A stretch of DNA of 64,000 nt from Podarcis gaigeae. Its lineage: Eukaryota. The position numbers were made by a program, and so were the translations under genes. The DNA is taken from NCBI GenBank assembly GCA_964106915.2, contig OZ066917.1. The stretch is one strand, 5' to 3'. Of this stretch, positions 1-12,174 are shown piece by piece. The number at the start of each line of letters is the position of its first letter. The first letter of the stretch is position 1. The notes beneath the pieces are model-generated. The model did not search any database. It saw nothing but the letters and a program-made list of their open reading frames with translations, and was not told the origin of the DNA.

Positions 1-2390
1 ATCACTGGAAGGAGCAAGTGTTGCATCAGACCAGTGGTAGAAATCTCAGCAGAACAATAATACCAGTTTAGAAGACCGGGTCTTTTACTTTCTTCAAGGG
101 AGCAAAGCACCAACTTTCCTGACGTAGGTGTAGTAGGTCCTACAGTAGGTACATAAATCTCTAAGGCCAAAAATTGCCTTTAGGGAACCCTTTTTCTTTT
201 ACATTGACCTGTTTTCTGGGGAACCCTCAGCATACCAGCTGCTACTGAACCATTGTGTCCTGTTCAAAAAACAAACAAACAAAAAAACTTCCAGGAGCTG
301 CAGGGCTTCCTGGAGCACAGTGGAGAGAAAAACTATTCCTCATTTAAGTTGGCTTGGCTAGGGCATAATCTTGGAGACACAACTGACCCTCTTCTGGGGC
401 TGAGATAAATTGAGTAGACACCATTAGGTAATGTTTAGAGGATATCTAGGCTGTGGAGGGTGGGGGGGACCTCCACAAAACCTTTTCTTGAGATGCGGCT
501 CCAGGAGGATTAGTTGAAAGGACAGAATTTATTCTCTAAGAGGTAGACGTTTGCTTTAAATAAATCTGCCTCTAGCTTGAAAGTACAATGTATGAAGTCT
601 AAGGAAATGGTTTGTCCAACATGTGGCCACCACATGTCTCTATTTCTGGAACTTGTTTTAAAGCTCGTCTGTCTACTGTATGTTTTTATGGTTTGCTTTT
701 CTGCCAGGGCAGGAAAGATGTCTGCCTGGGTTAGATTTCCTGAATTTGCATAAAGAGCCTCCCCCCCCCCCCAAAAAAAACCTCCTTCTCAAAGCATGGG
801 TCTAATCACTGGGGTATGGTTTTATACAGAAGGGACAAACGGGGGGAGGGGGAACAGGGATAATGAGCTTTCAGGCTCATCTTGTGTAGCCTAAAGGAGT
901 AGAATTAACTCTAATATTTATAGGCAAGTAGTCTCCCCCCCCCCCAAAGCATCTCAACAGTATGGCAAGGATTGGGTAGAGAACTATGATCATATATTTA
1001 AAATAACATCTGAAAGACAAAGCCCATAACTCAATCAAGTGATTCATTCATATTGTAAAACCTGGGTGGGCCTTTTCTGGAGTGCTTTTTATAGCTGTGT
1101 TGCTATGGTCTTGGCTTAGCTTTTAAACATCTGCATAAGGGATATATTTAAGTCTTAGGTGAGTATTGCTCTTTCACTGTGTGTGAAGGTGGGGGGGGAG
1201 TGTTTCAAGGGGCCCTCAATCATAGTTTGAAATGTGGCCAGTCGATGTATAAACATTTGTTGCCTGGGTAATGAACTGGCAGAAAAATTAAGAGAAACTG
1301 CAGGCATTGTGATCTACAACTTGCATTAATCTTGGGAAATCTGGATTTGATGCCTGCATCGGGCAAATGCTCGTCCGCTGATATTTGGCAGATAGTATCC
1401 ATTTCAGTTCTCTGTCTCTAAAATAGAAGTCATTGTTATCTACCTCTAGATTAGTTATGTGGACCAAAAAGAAACTCTACAGCATGTCAGAATAATGGCG
1501 TGTGCTGTGAGAGACCCCTTCAGACCTTGCTAAGCAGTTGTGCAAGTCACTTGCTGTTCCTATAATCCGCTATACTTCCTAGTTCAAAGGGTGATTTAAG
1601 AGTTGACGATACATGTAAACATTCAAACTGCAGTATTAAAAGCTGAATTACTATTTAATGCCAACGACGCATAAATGTTTACACCTTTTAAAGAATGAGT
1701 TTCTTTCTTTAGAGAATGCATTTTCATTTTGATTTGCAAGAACGTCTGTGCATAAGATTCCAGAGGATGCTCTTAGACTGTGTGCACATTCAGTTCCTAT
1801 GGTGCATCAGCTGGGTCTGTGGAATCTCTCAGTCATCCGTGTCAGGGATGCCATCTCGACCTCAGTATTGTGGGTGCCCACACGTTTTGGGAGGGGGGGT
1901 CCTCCAGGAGCGCAACGTGGCTCCCCAATTAGAATGATATTCGATGTGTTGTTCTAAAACGTCACAGGGCATACTTGTTAATTAAAATGCTTTTTATCTT
2001 GGGTTTTTTGTTTCTTTTTCAAATGTAAGTAATACCCGGCCATATCAATTTCCAAAATGCTGCCCCTTTCCCTGCTACTGGTCACAGGTTGCTCTGCTCT
2101 GCCCTCTGGTGCCACATTTTAATTCCTCCTCCCTCCATCTGTATCCTTTGTTATCAGAGCTGAACACCTCCCCTCAAATACCATTGTGGGGGGAGGCCCT
2201 GGGAGTTTGAATGCAGTAAAACACACACACGCTATATAGGGACATATGAGCAGTGTTTCACCAATATAGCAGCATAAAACAATTAAAAATTAAGCAAGCA
2301 ATCAAAAAGACACGGTATTAACGCATTATGAATGTAAAAAGTAGGACGTCATGTGTCAATCTACATTATCAAAACCATTCTTTAACCCAC

Positions 2391-2730
2391 CGACGCTGTG
2401 GGTTAAACTACAGAGCTTAGGACTTGCTGATCAGGAGGTTAGTGGTTTGAATCCCTGCGACAGGGTGAGCTCCTGTTGCTTGGTCCCAGCTCCTGCCAAC
2501 CTAGCAGTTCGAAAACACATCAAAGTGCAACAGATAAATAGGTACCGCTCTGGCGGGAAGGTAAACGGCATTTCTGTGTGCTGCTCTGGTTCACCAGAAG
2601 CGGCTTAGTTATGCTGGCCACATGACCTGGAAGCTGTATGCCGGCTCCCTCGGCCAATAAAGCAAGATGAGCGCCGCAACCCCAGAGTCGGTCACAACTG
2701 GACCTAATGGTCAGGGGTCCCTTTACCTTT
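2391..2730 (+). mobile_element. Sauria SINE, near full length
   Basis: tRNA-like head (GCTGTGGGTTAAAC ... GGTTTGAATCC), core CTGCCAACCTAGCAGTTCGAAA and (ACCTTT) tail. Confidence 0.92.
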
Positions 2731-4152
2731 TTAATGTTAAAAATCATGAGCGTATATCCGCCCTGTGTTTTGGAAGTGGACATTTTTTCCGCTACTCCCC
2801 AGTTTGGGGCAGGAGGTGGGGAGGAGCGTAGGAGCCCTAAAATAATGAGCAAAGGAGTGCTCACATCAAATCCCTAATGCAGGGGAACAGTATTGCATTA
2901 AACACTATCCAACACATATTGAAGTGTCCTTAAAACCATTGAAATCAGTGACCTGGAGCATTGGATTGTGGCCAAGCTCCTGACTTCTCTCTGTTCCCTC
3001 AAACGGTGAATACCTTTGAGAGAGATGTTAACCTTGACTCCCAAATATCCCTAATGTCTAACTCCGTGCAAGAACTTTAATTCATGTCAGCCATCAAGTA
3101 CTGAAATAGGTCATTTAATCCATACTAATCCTTCATGCAGGAATTCCTGAAATGCTCAGGAAGATGTATATTTTTAGCAAGAGAGTAATGATGGCGATTG
3201 TTTAGCTGAAAATAGATCATTGTGTTAGTGTTTTCTTGTAAGCTTTATTTAGAAATTAAGCAGTCCACCTTTTCTTAATGCATTTAAATGCATTCCACAC
3301 CCATATTCTTTGGTGAAATGCCCCCTTTTATGAGTGATAGCTATATATAAAGAAAACTTCATCTCTGGATCAGAGAAAAATATAACTTGACAAGTATGGC
3401 ATTTTCAGGAAGGATCACACTGAGATTCGCTGGGCCAAGAGCAGGAATACTTCTGAATGCATTGGTTTTGCATAAAAAAGAAAAGTGTGTGTTAGAGTTG
3501 AATTTATAGATGATTGAGTGTTTTGTGTGCTTGCGTGCCTTTTGATCTTCTGAGTTATGTCTTGCCATGGTTGCAAGCTATAATTTGTTTCAGAACCATT
3601 ACTACTCTCCTGCTTCTGTCTCCTTGAACTATGACCTAAAGCTTTCATGAGTTTTGTAAGGTACTGATGTTTTCCTTCATAGTTCAAGAGTGAACAGATG
3701 TCAGATAATGTTTTCCATACTTGATAGTATTGTCAGCACTTCATAATGAACCTCACTGCCTCCTCTAACACGGTTTCTCTGTCAAAACTTTCACTGTTCT
3801 TTCTGCTGCCACAGCCTCACCTTCTAGTACTGCCTCTTTAAATCTTTTAACAAATACATTTGAGTTCAGCATTCCTGGCTAAGGCAGAGAGAAGGAAAAC
3901 CCATACTTAAATTTGCTTTAAAAATGGCTTGCGTACCTGCACAGATGGTTTAGAACAGAGGAGTGCTTATCTCCTTAAGGACATTAGTAAAAAGCAGAAC
4001 TGCTTGTATCATGCAATGTTGTTTGAAGTTCTGTGAAATATTCAGCGAAGTTGGAAAGTACACTGGAAGAGAAAATAATAATCTGTAACTTGCATTGTGT
4101 ATATCTAAATTGATGGCTCATTCTCTGGACCTTACAGCTTCCCTACATAATA

Positions 4153-4394
4153 TAGTGGTACCTCGGGTTACAGATGCTTCAGGTTACATACGCTTCAGGT
4201 TACAGACTCCGCTAACCCAGAAATATTACCTCGGTTTAAGAACTTTGCTTCAGGATGAGAACAGAAATCGTGCAGTGGCGGCGCAGCAGCAGCAGGAGGC
4301 CCCATTAGTTAAAGTGGTGCTTCAGGTTAAGAACAGTTTCAGGTTAAGTACAGACCTCCAGAACGAATTAAGTACTTAACCCGAGGTACCACTG
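4153..4394. mobile_element. Tc1/mariner (Tigger-like) MITE
   Basis: TIRs AGTGGTACCTCGGGTTA / TAACCCGAGGTACCACTG flanked by TA; internal GCTTCAGGTTA repeats. Confidence 0.9.
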
Positions 4395-4579
4395 TATGTA
4401 TGAAAGTACTATAAATAAATCTAAAAGAAGCAAATCATAAAATAGTCATATGGGTAGAATATCAAATGTGCAAATGAAAACGTGCTATTGCAGGCCCAGG
4501 AGAAACACCCTGCTGATGTTCTTTGGTTCTCTGATTATCAACGGTTCTGTGTGATTTGAACTTTATTTAACACACTGAT

Positions 4580-4823
4580 TGTTAGGTTGTGGGTTGACAT
4601 AGCAGACGACACAGCAATTTCTCCAAAGCAGCTCTTTATTTTGTAAGCTGGAACAGAACTGAGGAGTTCAGTCAGCCTGCTTATATAGAGCTACAGAACA
4701 GTTGTAACTGTTGCAACGTTCTAAAACTATCCAATCACTGAATGTCACTTTTCGATCCTTCATTTGCATAACTATCTACAGTATCCCCCTGCTGGCCCAG
4801 GGTGAGAACTTCAGTACATAACA
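4580..4823 (-). mobile_element. Solo LTR
   Basis: TGTTA...TAACA termini and a perfect 5-bp TSD CTGAT (4575-4579, 4824-4828). On the minus strand a TATA (ctatataagc) precedes AATAAA. Confidence 0.85.
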
Positions 4824-5877
4824 CTGATGTTAATATTTTGGTTAGCTAGATCTGCACCTTGCCATGCTTGCAGAACTTTAGAGCAGAAGTAGGAATTTCA
4901 AGAAAGAAGTTTGCTGCCAAAAATAGCAATCCCACAATGTCATTATGGCAGTAGTAGCCAATCATGAAGAGCAGGGACAAGAGAGCATTCAGAATAATGA
5001 CTTTGGGACACAAACACATTGCTGAAGGCCTGTGCGAATTGGGACATCAATTAAGGACATCTTTATTTCAGGTCCACAGTGAGAGTGGGAATGGAAATGT
5101 TCAAAAACATGGTTAATGACTCAAAATTGATAAAATGGGGTATGTAATATGCTGGCATCTGTGCAAAATACTTAGCAGTGGGAAGGTTGCACTCTGCCAG
5201 GAAAATGTTAGTACCTTCTCTGAGATCAAGGAGAAACAGCACAGAGTTCTTCACATTTTAATCCATATTAACTCTAGTGCCCATTTCTAGTTTCCATTTC
5301 TTCACCTAACAATTAAAAAGCCTACAGTTTTGTGTATCCTTTACTCCTTTTGACATATCGCTCCTAATTCTGCTTCCCAGTGAATTTAACTAGTTTAAAT
5401 GGCTTAACAGTTTGCATATCTTCATCATAATCCTATGCATGTCTGTTTGGAAGTAGATCCTATTGACTTCAACTGGGCTCATTCCTGGGTAAGTGTCATG
5501 GTAGCAGCATCATGGTAAACTACATACAAGTATTTGTGTGCTGCCTTTGATCAATTATTTCACTGCAGATTATGAAAACCAGAAGAAGTGAAACAATAAA
5601 AACTAAGGACTACATTTCATGCTGCAGTTCCCCTGGTACAGTGGACTTCCATGTGTTCAGTTGAACTTCCTCTCCTGTTCTCTTGAGTCCCCATAAACTC
5701 TTGAAATCAGCTCTAGAGGATTGGGGGACTTTCTGGAGCAGGTATTGGGAATACACGGGAGGGAGGAAAGGAAACCGAAGTCCTGTTTCAGAACCATGGG
5801 CATGGAACATTGGATACAGCCCAAATCAAACTTACAGTAAAAGCACAATTCAGAAGTGGGTGCATATTAGCATATCT

Positions 5878-6228
5878 GTATACCTGAAGGAGCGTCTCCA
5901 CCCCTATTGTTCTGCCTGGACACTGAGGTCCAGCTCCAAGGGCCTTCTCGCGGTTCCCTCCCTGCGAGAAGTGAGGTTACAGGGAACCAGGCAGAGGGCC
6001 TTCTTGGTAGTGACAGCCGCCCTGTGGAATGCCCTCCCATCAGATGTCAAGGAAATAAGCAACTACCTGACTTTTAGGAGACATCTGAAGGCAGCCCTGT
6101 TTAGGGACGTTTTTAATGTTTGATGTTTTATCATGTTTTTAATATCCTGTTGGGAGCTGCCCAGAGTGGCTGGGGATGCCCGGCCAGATGGGCGGTGTAT
6201 AAGTAATAAATTGTTGTTGTTGTTGTTG
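5878..6228 (+). mobile_element. L2-clade LINE 3' fragment
   Basis: YLKERLHPY..TLRSS..LLAVP..RAF..ALWNALP..TFRRHLKAALF is an L2 ORF2 C-terminus; short (TTG)n tail. Confidence 0.9.
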
Positions 6229-7150
6229 CAATAGCAGAAATTTTGAGTAGCACCTAAGACAGCATGTTAAAGACTGCTGTCCAGTGCAAAGATATTAGGG
6301 ACTAGTAGACTTTAAATTGCCTCTTAGTTACTTGAAGCCTCAGACAACATGAACTTCATTTATTGAGTTTTGAATTCTTACAATGTCGGCATGTATATTG
6401 CAAAAGAAGACACTCACACTTACAGTGGTTTTCAAGCTTTAAAATCTACAGCATAACCATTTTTTAAAAAAGTTTAGTTTAAATTCTGAATATGGAACTC
6501 CTATTTTAAGTAATCCATGAATCTGAGAATGGGGTGGGTTATAGTGTAGAGGTAATGCTCTGTCTTTGCATAAATCTCAGGGCTTTAAGGTTTTCTCTTG
6601 TGAAAACGGCAGCATTCTTTTAAAGTAAGCGTAACTCTGCCTCTGGCTAGCTGACAGTCTTTTCTGTCATGTTTACTACACTTAAAAAAAACATGATTCA
6701 CTACAGTCAGAGGTTGCTTGATCTTTCATAGCGTCTCGGCAGCGGTGATCAAAATTTTATATTTGAGACCTAGCCAAATTACCTCCCCCAACCCAAATTA
6801 TTTTCAGAACCTAAATAACCAATGCACGTCTGTTTTTCAGGATGTTTGAAACCTACCCCCCCCCCCAATATGCTATTGTTGTCCTTTGAATATAGGAAAC
6901 AACTTGACCTTAAGATATGGGAAGTTTTTCTGTTTGGCTTCCACAGGCTTCTGCCCATCTTTCTGTATAGCAGACTGGGTTCTCATATTTTACACCCATA
7001 GGGTGAAAGGCTTTAACACTATAACACTTTTCAGATTCTTGCACCTATTCAATGTGCATTCTTCAGGGTGGTGCAGAATTATGGCAGTGAGCCCTACTCT
7101 TTGCTGTCTGTTTTGCATGTGGCAGTCGTTGAAAGTTGCTGGGATGCAAC

Positions 7151-7633
7151 CATGGGTGTAGCCAGGCCTTTTGTTTGGGGAGGGGCAGAACCTCAGTTAG
7201 CTATGTATTTTTATTTATTTTTATTGATTGGGGGGAGCTTCCCTGCCCCCTTGGTTTGTTGTTGTTGTTGTTTAGTCATTTAGTTGTGTCCGACTGTTTG
7301 TGACCCCATGGCCCAGAGCACGCCACGCACTTCTGTTTTCCACTGCCTTCTGCAGTTTGGTCAAACTCATGCTGGTAGCTTCGAGAACACTATCCAACCA
7401 TCTCGTCCTCTGTTGTCCCCTTCTCCTTGTGCCCTCCATCTTTCCCAACACCAGGGTCTTTTCCAGGGAGTCTTCTCTTCTCATGAGGTGGCCAAAGTCT
7501 TGGAGCCTCAGCTTCAGGATCTGTCCTTCCAGTGAGCACTCAGGGCTGATTTCCTTAAGAATGGAGAGGTTTGATCTTCTTGCAGTCCATGGGACTCTCA
7601 AGAGTCTCCTCCAGCACCTTGGTTATGCCCATG
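7151..7633. mobile_element. Small hAT MITE split by the Bov-B insertion
   Basis: Imperfect TIRs CATGGGTGTAGCCAGG / CCTTGGTTATGCCCATG. 8-bp TSD GAT(G/T)CAAC at 7143-7150 and 7634-7641. Confidence 0.75.
7257..7616 (-). mobile_element. Bov-B (RTE clade) LINE 3' fragment
   Basis: ORF 7272-7601 RVPWTARRSNLSILKEISPECSLEGQILKLRLQDFGHLMRREDSLEKTL... is the Bov-B ORF C-terminus. (CAA)n tail; 8-bp TSD CCTTGGTT at 7249-7256 and 7617-7624. Confidence 0.95.
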
Positions 7634-7905
7634 GATTCAACTCTGTTTTGACCTGGAGGCTGATGTGTCTGTATGGGAAAGAACTGATAGAGAGAGAAAC
7701 CTGCAGGCTTCCTAAACTGCCCTTTAAGCCTGCAATGACCAATCTTTGGACTAGAATGATACCCTTGTCAGCATCGCCCTTGAGCCAGTGCCACCAACTG
7801 GACTCATACACTTCAGCCCCGACTGGGCTAGGCAAGCTGGGTAGCACTTCCAGAGACCACCTTCTGCACAGGAACAGGTCAAAGTGCTGTGGACTCACAG
7901 CTTAG

Positions 7906-8282
7906 TGTTGTGAGCACCGGATTCACTCCCACAAGAAGACAGTCGTTGCACAGCAGAGTTTAGCAGAGCATAAATGACTCGGAGAGCAGCTCTGTAGAAT
8001 ATCTTCTTTTATTCTATCTACAACTATAATACACAACTACGTACAGAGCTAAATGAGGTCTAAACGAAAATGCTGAACTGCACTGAGTCTCTGCAGCTGC
8101 TCTTAGCAGCAACCTTATCTATACACATGATCTCTCTCTCTAACACTCAGTCTCTCTCTCTCTCTTTGATGTGAAGCTGGAGTGGAATAAGTAGAGAGAA
8201 GAAACCGCCCCCTCCTCTCTGGAGAATCAGCAGAGAACATCAGCAGATTATTGGATATGGGAGGGGTGAAATCTCCTCAACC
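7906..8282 (-). mobile_element. Probable solo LTR
   Basis: TGTTGTGAG ... CTCCTCAAC(C) termini, 5-bp TSD CTT(A/T)G and a minus-strand AATAAA near 8010. Confidence 0.6.
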
Positions 8283-8621
8283 CTTTGGGTTGTTCACTTC
8301 ATTTCCTATTTCCTTCCTCTTTGTCCTAACCTTGGGAGAGCAGGCATCTTCTCATTCTCTCCTGCTGAGGTGCAAGAGAACCACAACAGTGCCTAAGAAA
8401 GAGGTGGACACAAGACAAACAGCTTACCTAGTTAGAACTTGGATCTCTCCCATCAAGTGTGTATTTCCTGCAACAAACATAGCTTTCTTATTTTTCTAAA
8501 TTCAGAATCTCAGTGTGATTGTATCTGGAGTAAAGTGTGCTTCTCCAACAGAGATTCAGTGTTGAATTCAACTTCTGCTGATCCACTTAAACTCCAAATG
8601 CCACTAGCATTTGGATACTGT

Positions 8622-8625
<4 letters not shown>

Positions 8626-8666
<41 letters not shown>
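8626..8666. repeat. (CT)n microsatellite
   Basis: Read directly. Confidence 0.95.
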
Positions 8667-8669
<3 letters not shown>

Positions 8670-8670
<1 letters not shown>

Positions 8671-9165
8671 GTTACAGTTCTAAATAATTTTTATTCACAT
8701 TCCCCCCCCCCAAAAATCCATTAATACAATAATACAAACATCATAGAAATCATTTCTATCCCAATTTTCCCCCTCCCCCTGGACTTCCCTCAACTCCCAT
8801 TTCTGGTTTATTTCCATATCACCCCAGTTCCTGCTATTTCCCTATCCTATCCTAATTTTGACTTTATAATCTTTTAATTACAATTAATGCTGCTATTTGT
8901 GTTTACTCGAAACCTACTAATGAGTCCAATTCCTTATATTGTTTTTGTAAATAAGCCGCCAATGGTTCCCAGTCTTCCTTAAAGGATTTTTTGTCCTTAT
9001 TTCTTAATCTGTCCGTTAATTTTGCCATTTCGGCGAATTCTGTAAGTTTTCTTTGCCATTCTTCTTTAGTTGGTAATTTATCACTTTTCCATCCTTGCGC
9101 CCATAATACCCTGGCTGCAGTAGTCACGTACGTAAAAAGGCTATGTTTCTTTTTGGGCAAATCTT
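8670..9165 (-). mobile_element. L1-clade LINE 3' fragment
   Basis: ORF 8903-9235 LFTYVTTAARVLWAQGWK..PTKEEWQRKL.EFAEMAKLT..KEDWEP is a squamate-type L1 ORF2 end; pyrimidine-rich tail on the plus strand. Confidence 0.85.
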
Positions 9166-9361
9166 TACCTGTGCTTTTCTCAACCCCTCTTCCCCACCCT
9201 GTGTTAATAGCCCAATGCCACTGGACAACCCTCACCCCACTTCAGTGTATCCTACACTGAGGGATTGGGCACAGAAGCACTGGGGATAATTAAGGTGGCG
9301 ATAACTGCCAGCCCAGCACTTCTGTTTGTGGCTAAGGCAATGCATACTGCTTCTGACCATG

Positions 9362-9525
9362 GAGGTCAGGAGTGGAGCATCTGCTTTGTAGGCACAAAGT
9401 CACAGGTTCAGTCCTCAGCAACTCTACATGGGGATGCAAGAGACCCACGTCTGAAATCCTGGAGAGCCAAGACTGAGCTAGATGGACCAATGGTCTGACT
9501 CAGTATAAGGCCACTTCCTATGTCT
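9362..9525 (+). mobile_element. Older tRNA-derived SINE (Squam2-like)
   Basis: GGAGCATCTGCTTTG...AGGTTCAGTCC head and CTGAGCTAGATGGACCAATGGTCTGACTCAGTATAAGG 3' end. A degenerate relative lies near 23620-23790. Confidence 0.6.
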
Positions 9526-9531
9526 CTGTTC

Positions 9532-9775
9532 AGAGCCAGTGTGGTGTAGTGGTTAAGAGCGGTGGACTCGTAATCTGGTGAACCGGGTTCGCGTCTCCGC
9601 TCCTCCACATGCAGCTGCTGGGTGTCTTTGGGCCAGTCACACTTCTCTGAAGTCTCTCAGCCCCACTCACCTCTCAGAGTGTTTGTTGTGGGGGAGGAAG
9701 GGAAAAGGAGAATGTTAGCCGCTTTGAGACTCCTTCGGGTAGTGATAAAGCGGGATATCAAATCCAAACTCTTCT
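9532..9775 (+). mobile_element. tRNA-derived SINE (Squam3-like)
   Basis: AGAGCCAGTGTGGTGTAGTGGTTAAGAGC (A box), GGTTCGCGTCTCC (B box) and a (CTT) tail. Three similar copies occur in the window. Confidence 0.85.
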
Positions 9776-11804
9776 GTGCAACATTTTCACCTTTAGGATT
9801 GGTTTGGTTTAGTACAGAAAGCAAAACAAAACTCATTGGTCAAACCGCATAAGTTGGATAGCTGGACATTAATGTGAATCTAGCTAGTTGAGTCCATATG
9901 TACCCCATTCCTTTTTGACTTGTTTACCTGGTGCTGAAACACATTGGGCATTAATAAAAAGTGCATTACTTTCCAGCATCTTCAGATTGCTTCTCCTTTC
10001 TTTTTTTGTTTACATATACTGCATGCAAGCAGAATATATTGGAATCAGAGGCTCGTGCAGCATTGAGCGAAACTGATCCTGCCTCAGATTTCCAACAAGA
10101 GTTTGGGCCACTTGAGTCTTTCCAGGCTGCTTTCCAATCTGGCTCAGCTCCAGTTTAGGAACTCCCATCTCTCCGTCCGCCCCACATTCAAACAGCTTGT
10201 GTTCTGTCTCCCGCAGCCACTGGCAGATCACTGGTGTCAAGCGCAGCCCTGATGGTAAGTGCCCATTCAGGAAAACCTGTCTGGTCAGCTCTCACTGAGG
10301 GAGAACACCAGCCAATCAGTTCAAGCAAAGATGGTCACTCAGCAGCCATAACACTATTTTTATGTGGTGTTTATGGACTCAAGACTGAGGTTTTCTGCCA
10401 AGAGGTTCTGTTTTTAATCTTGGATTGCGCTGTCATGAATTTCCACCCACTCTAAACTACTCTTGGGGAGGCCTTCAGAAGTGAGAATAAAGTTCCCTAG
10501 TTGCTTCCTGACTAGCATCTGCCAGAACACTTTAAAAAATGCAATCCCCACAAAGCCTTGAACCATAGTTGACTGGAGACTTATGGTAAGAGCATTCAAG
10601 GATCACTTAAAATGCACTTGAGGATGCACGCAAAATAGAACTGATGATTTATAAAAACATGTCATCTTGTGCAATTTCTTTATAGTGAGCTTTTGGCAGG
10701 AATGGCTTTGCAAGGAAGCGCAGGAAGCAAGTGTTAAATATTGCAGTGATTATTTATAAATAACTTTTTCTTGGACATTGCATTCTTTTAAGGAAAGATC
10801 TGCAAGGCACAGCTAGCTAGTCATATGGTTTGCGTTAAATCCAATTCTGTTTATGCATGTGGTTTCCCCATTTTTAGGAAAGCTTTTCTCTGCTTATCAC
10901 ATCCTCAGTGAATGTGGCTATTGGGCATTTTAACAACCAGGAGTTGCTTAGGCTGAGATTTCTTCTTACTGACTCAATATAGCTGTGCACTAGAAATATG
11001 TATTTGTATCTGCATGGCAATGTGATAAGAAATTCCACTTTGTGCATTTATAATATGTCACCGCTTACTATTTTTTAAATCAAGGTTTTTCAGTGTCGGA
11101 CTTGACTGGCATTTCCACACTACTATAATTTTCTGTGCAAAGAGAACCATATATTTTAGAAAACTCCAGCTTTTAAATTAAGAACAGACAAACCGTGTTA
11201 ACACTGACTTCTTCCTTCCAAGCACACAAATCAACCAGGTTCCTTTTAATTTCCTGTTGAATAAAATTCTGCACATATCAAACGCTGTTGTGTTAGAAGA
11301 ATGCTGCAGAAAACTAGTTTGTGCAGTGGATACACTGGGAAGATGGAGATGTACTCCCATCTGTCAAATGCCGTTCATTGTTAACTATGTGTAAAGTGAT
11401 GCACATCCGGGTAAAACAATAATACCTTCACAGATACACTGATGGGAAATGAGTTGACAGTGTGGGATTGTAAATGACAACACAGTGAAAATTTCAAGCT
11501 CGTTTTTAGTGGTTGTGAAGAAGGCAAAATCCATGCTTAGAGGATCAATAAGAAATAAATTGGAAACAAAATTACCAGTGTAGAACACCTTTATACAAAT
11601 TAGTAGTGAGACCACACTTTGAATACTATGTACAGTTTTGATAGCCCATTACAAAGAGGAACAGCTGGAAAAGCATGCAAATATGGGTAACAATTTTTGG
11701 CGGAGGCAACTAAGGGAGGGTCATGATAGAGGTTTATATCATTATATCGTTCTGCCTGGACACTGAGGTCCAGTGCCGAGGGCCTTCTCACTGCGAGAAG
11801 CCAA

Positions 11805-11902
11805 AAAAAAAAAAAAAAATCCTTCCAGTAGCACCTTAAAGACCAACTAAGTCAGTTCTTGGTATGAGCTTTCGTGTGCATGCACACTTCTTCAGATACA
11901 CT
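11805..11902 (-). mobile_element. Penelope 3'-terminal mini-insertion (hammerhead plus tail) inside an L2 fragment
   Basis: Near-identical reverse complement of about 63155-63246. 13-bp TSD TGCGAGAAGCCAA at 11792-11804 and 11903-11915. Confidence 0.9.
11862..11899 (-). ncRNA. Minimal type I hammerhead ribozyme motif, identical copy on the minus strand
   Basis: Exact reverse complement of 63157-63194 (gtatgagctttcgtgtgcatgcacacttcttcagatac). Confidence 0.85.
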
Positions 11903-12141
11903 TGCGAGAAGCCAAGTTACAGGGAACCAGGCAGAGGGCCTTCTCGGTAGTGACACCCACCCTGTGGAACACCCTCCCACCAGATGTCAAAGAGAAAAAA
12001 AACTACCAGACTTTTAGAAGACATCTGAAGGCAGCCCTGTTTAGGGAAGCTTTTAATGTTTGATGGATTACTATATTTTAATATTTTGTTGGAAGCTGCC
12101 CAGAGTGGCTGGGAAAGCCCAGCCAGATGAGTGGGATATAC

Positions 12142-12174
<33 letters not shown>

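Noticed and set aside
9532-9610. tRNA genes at SINE heads (also 22073-22170 and others)
   Set aside because: A and B boxes are present, but the sequence continues into SINE bodies repeated across the window and gives no complete cloverleaf.
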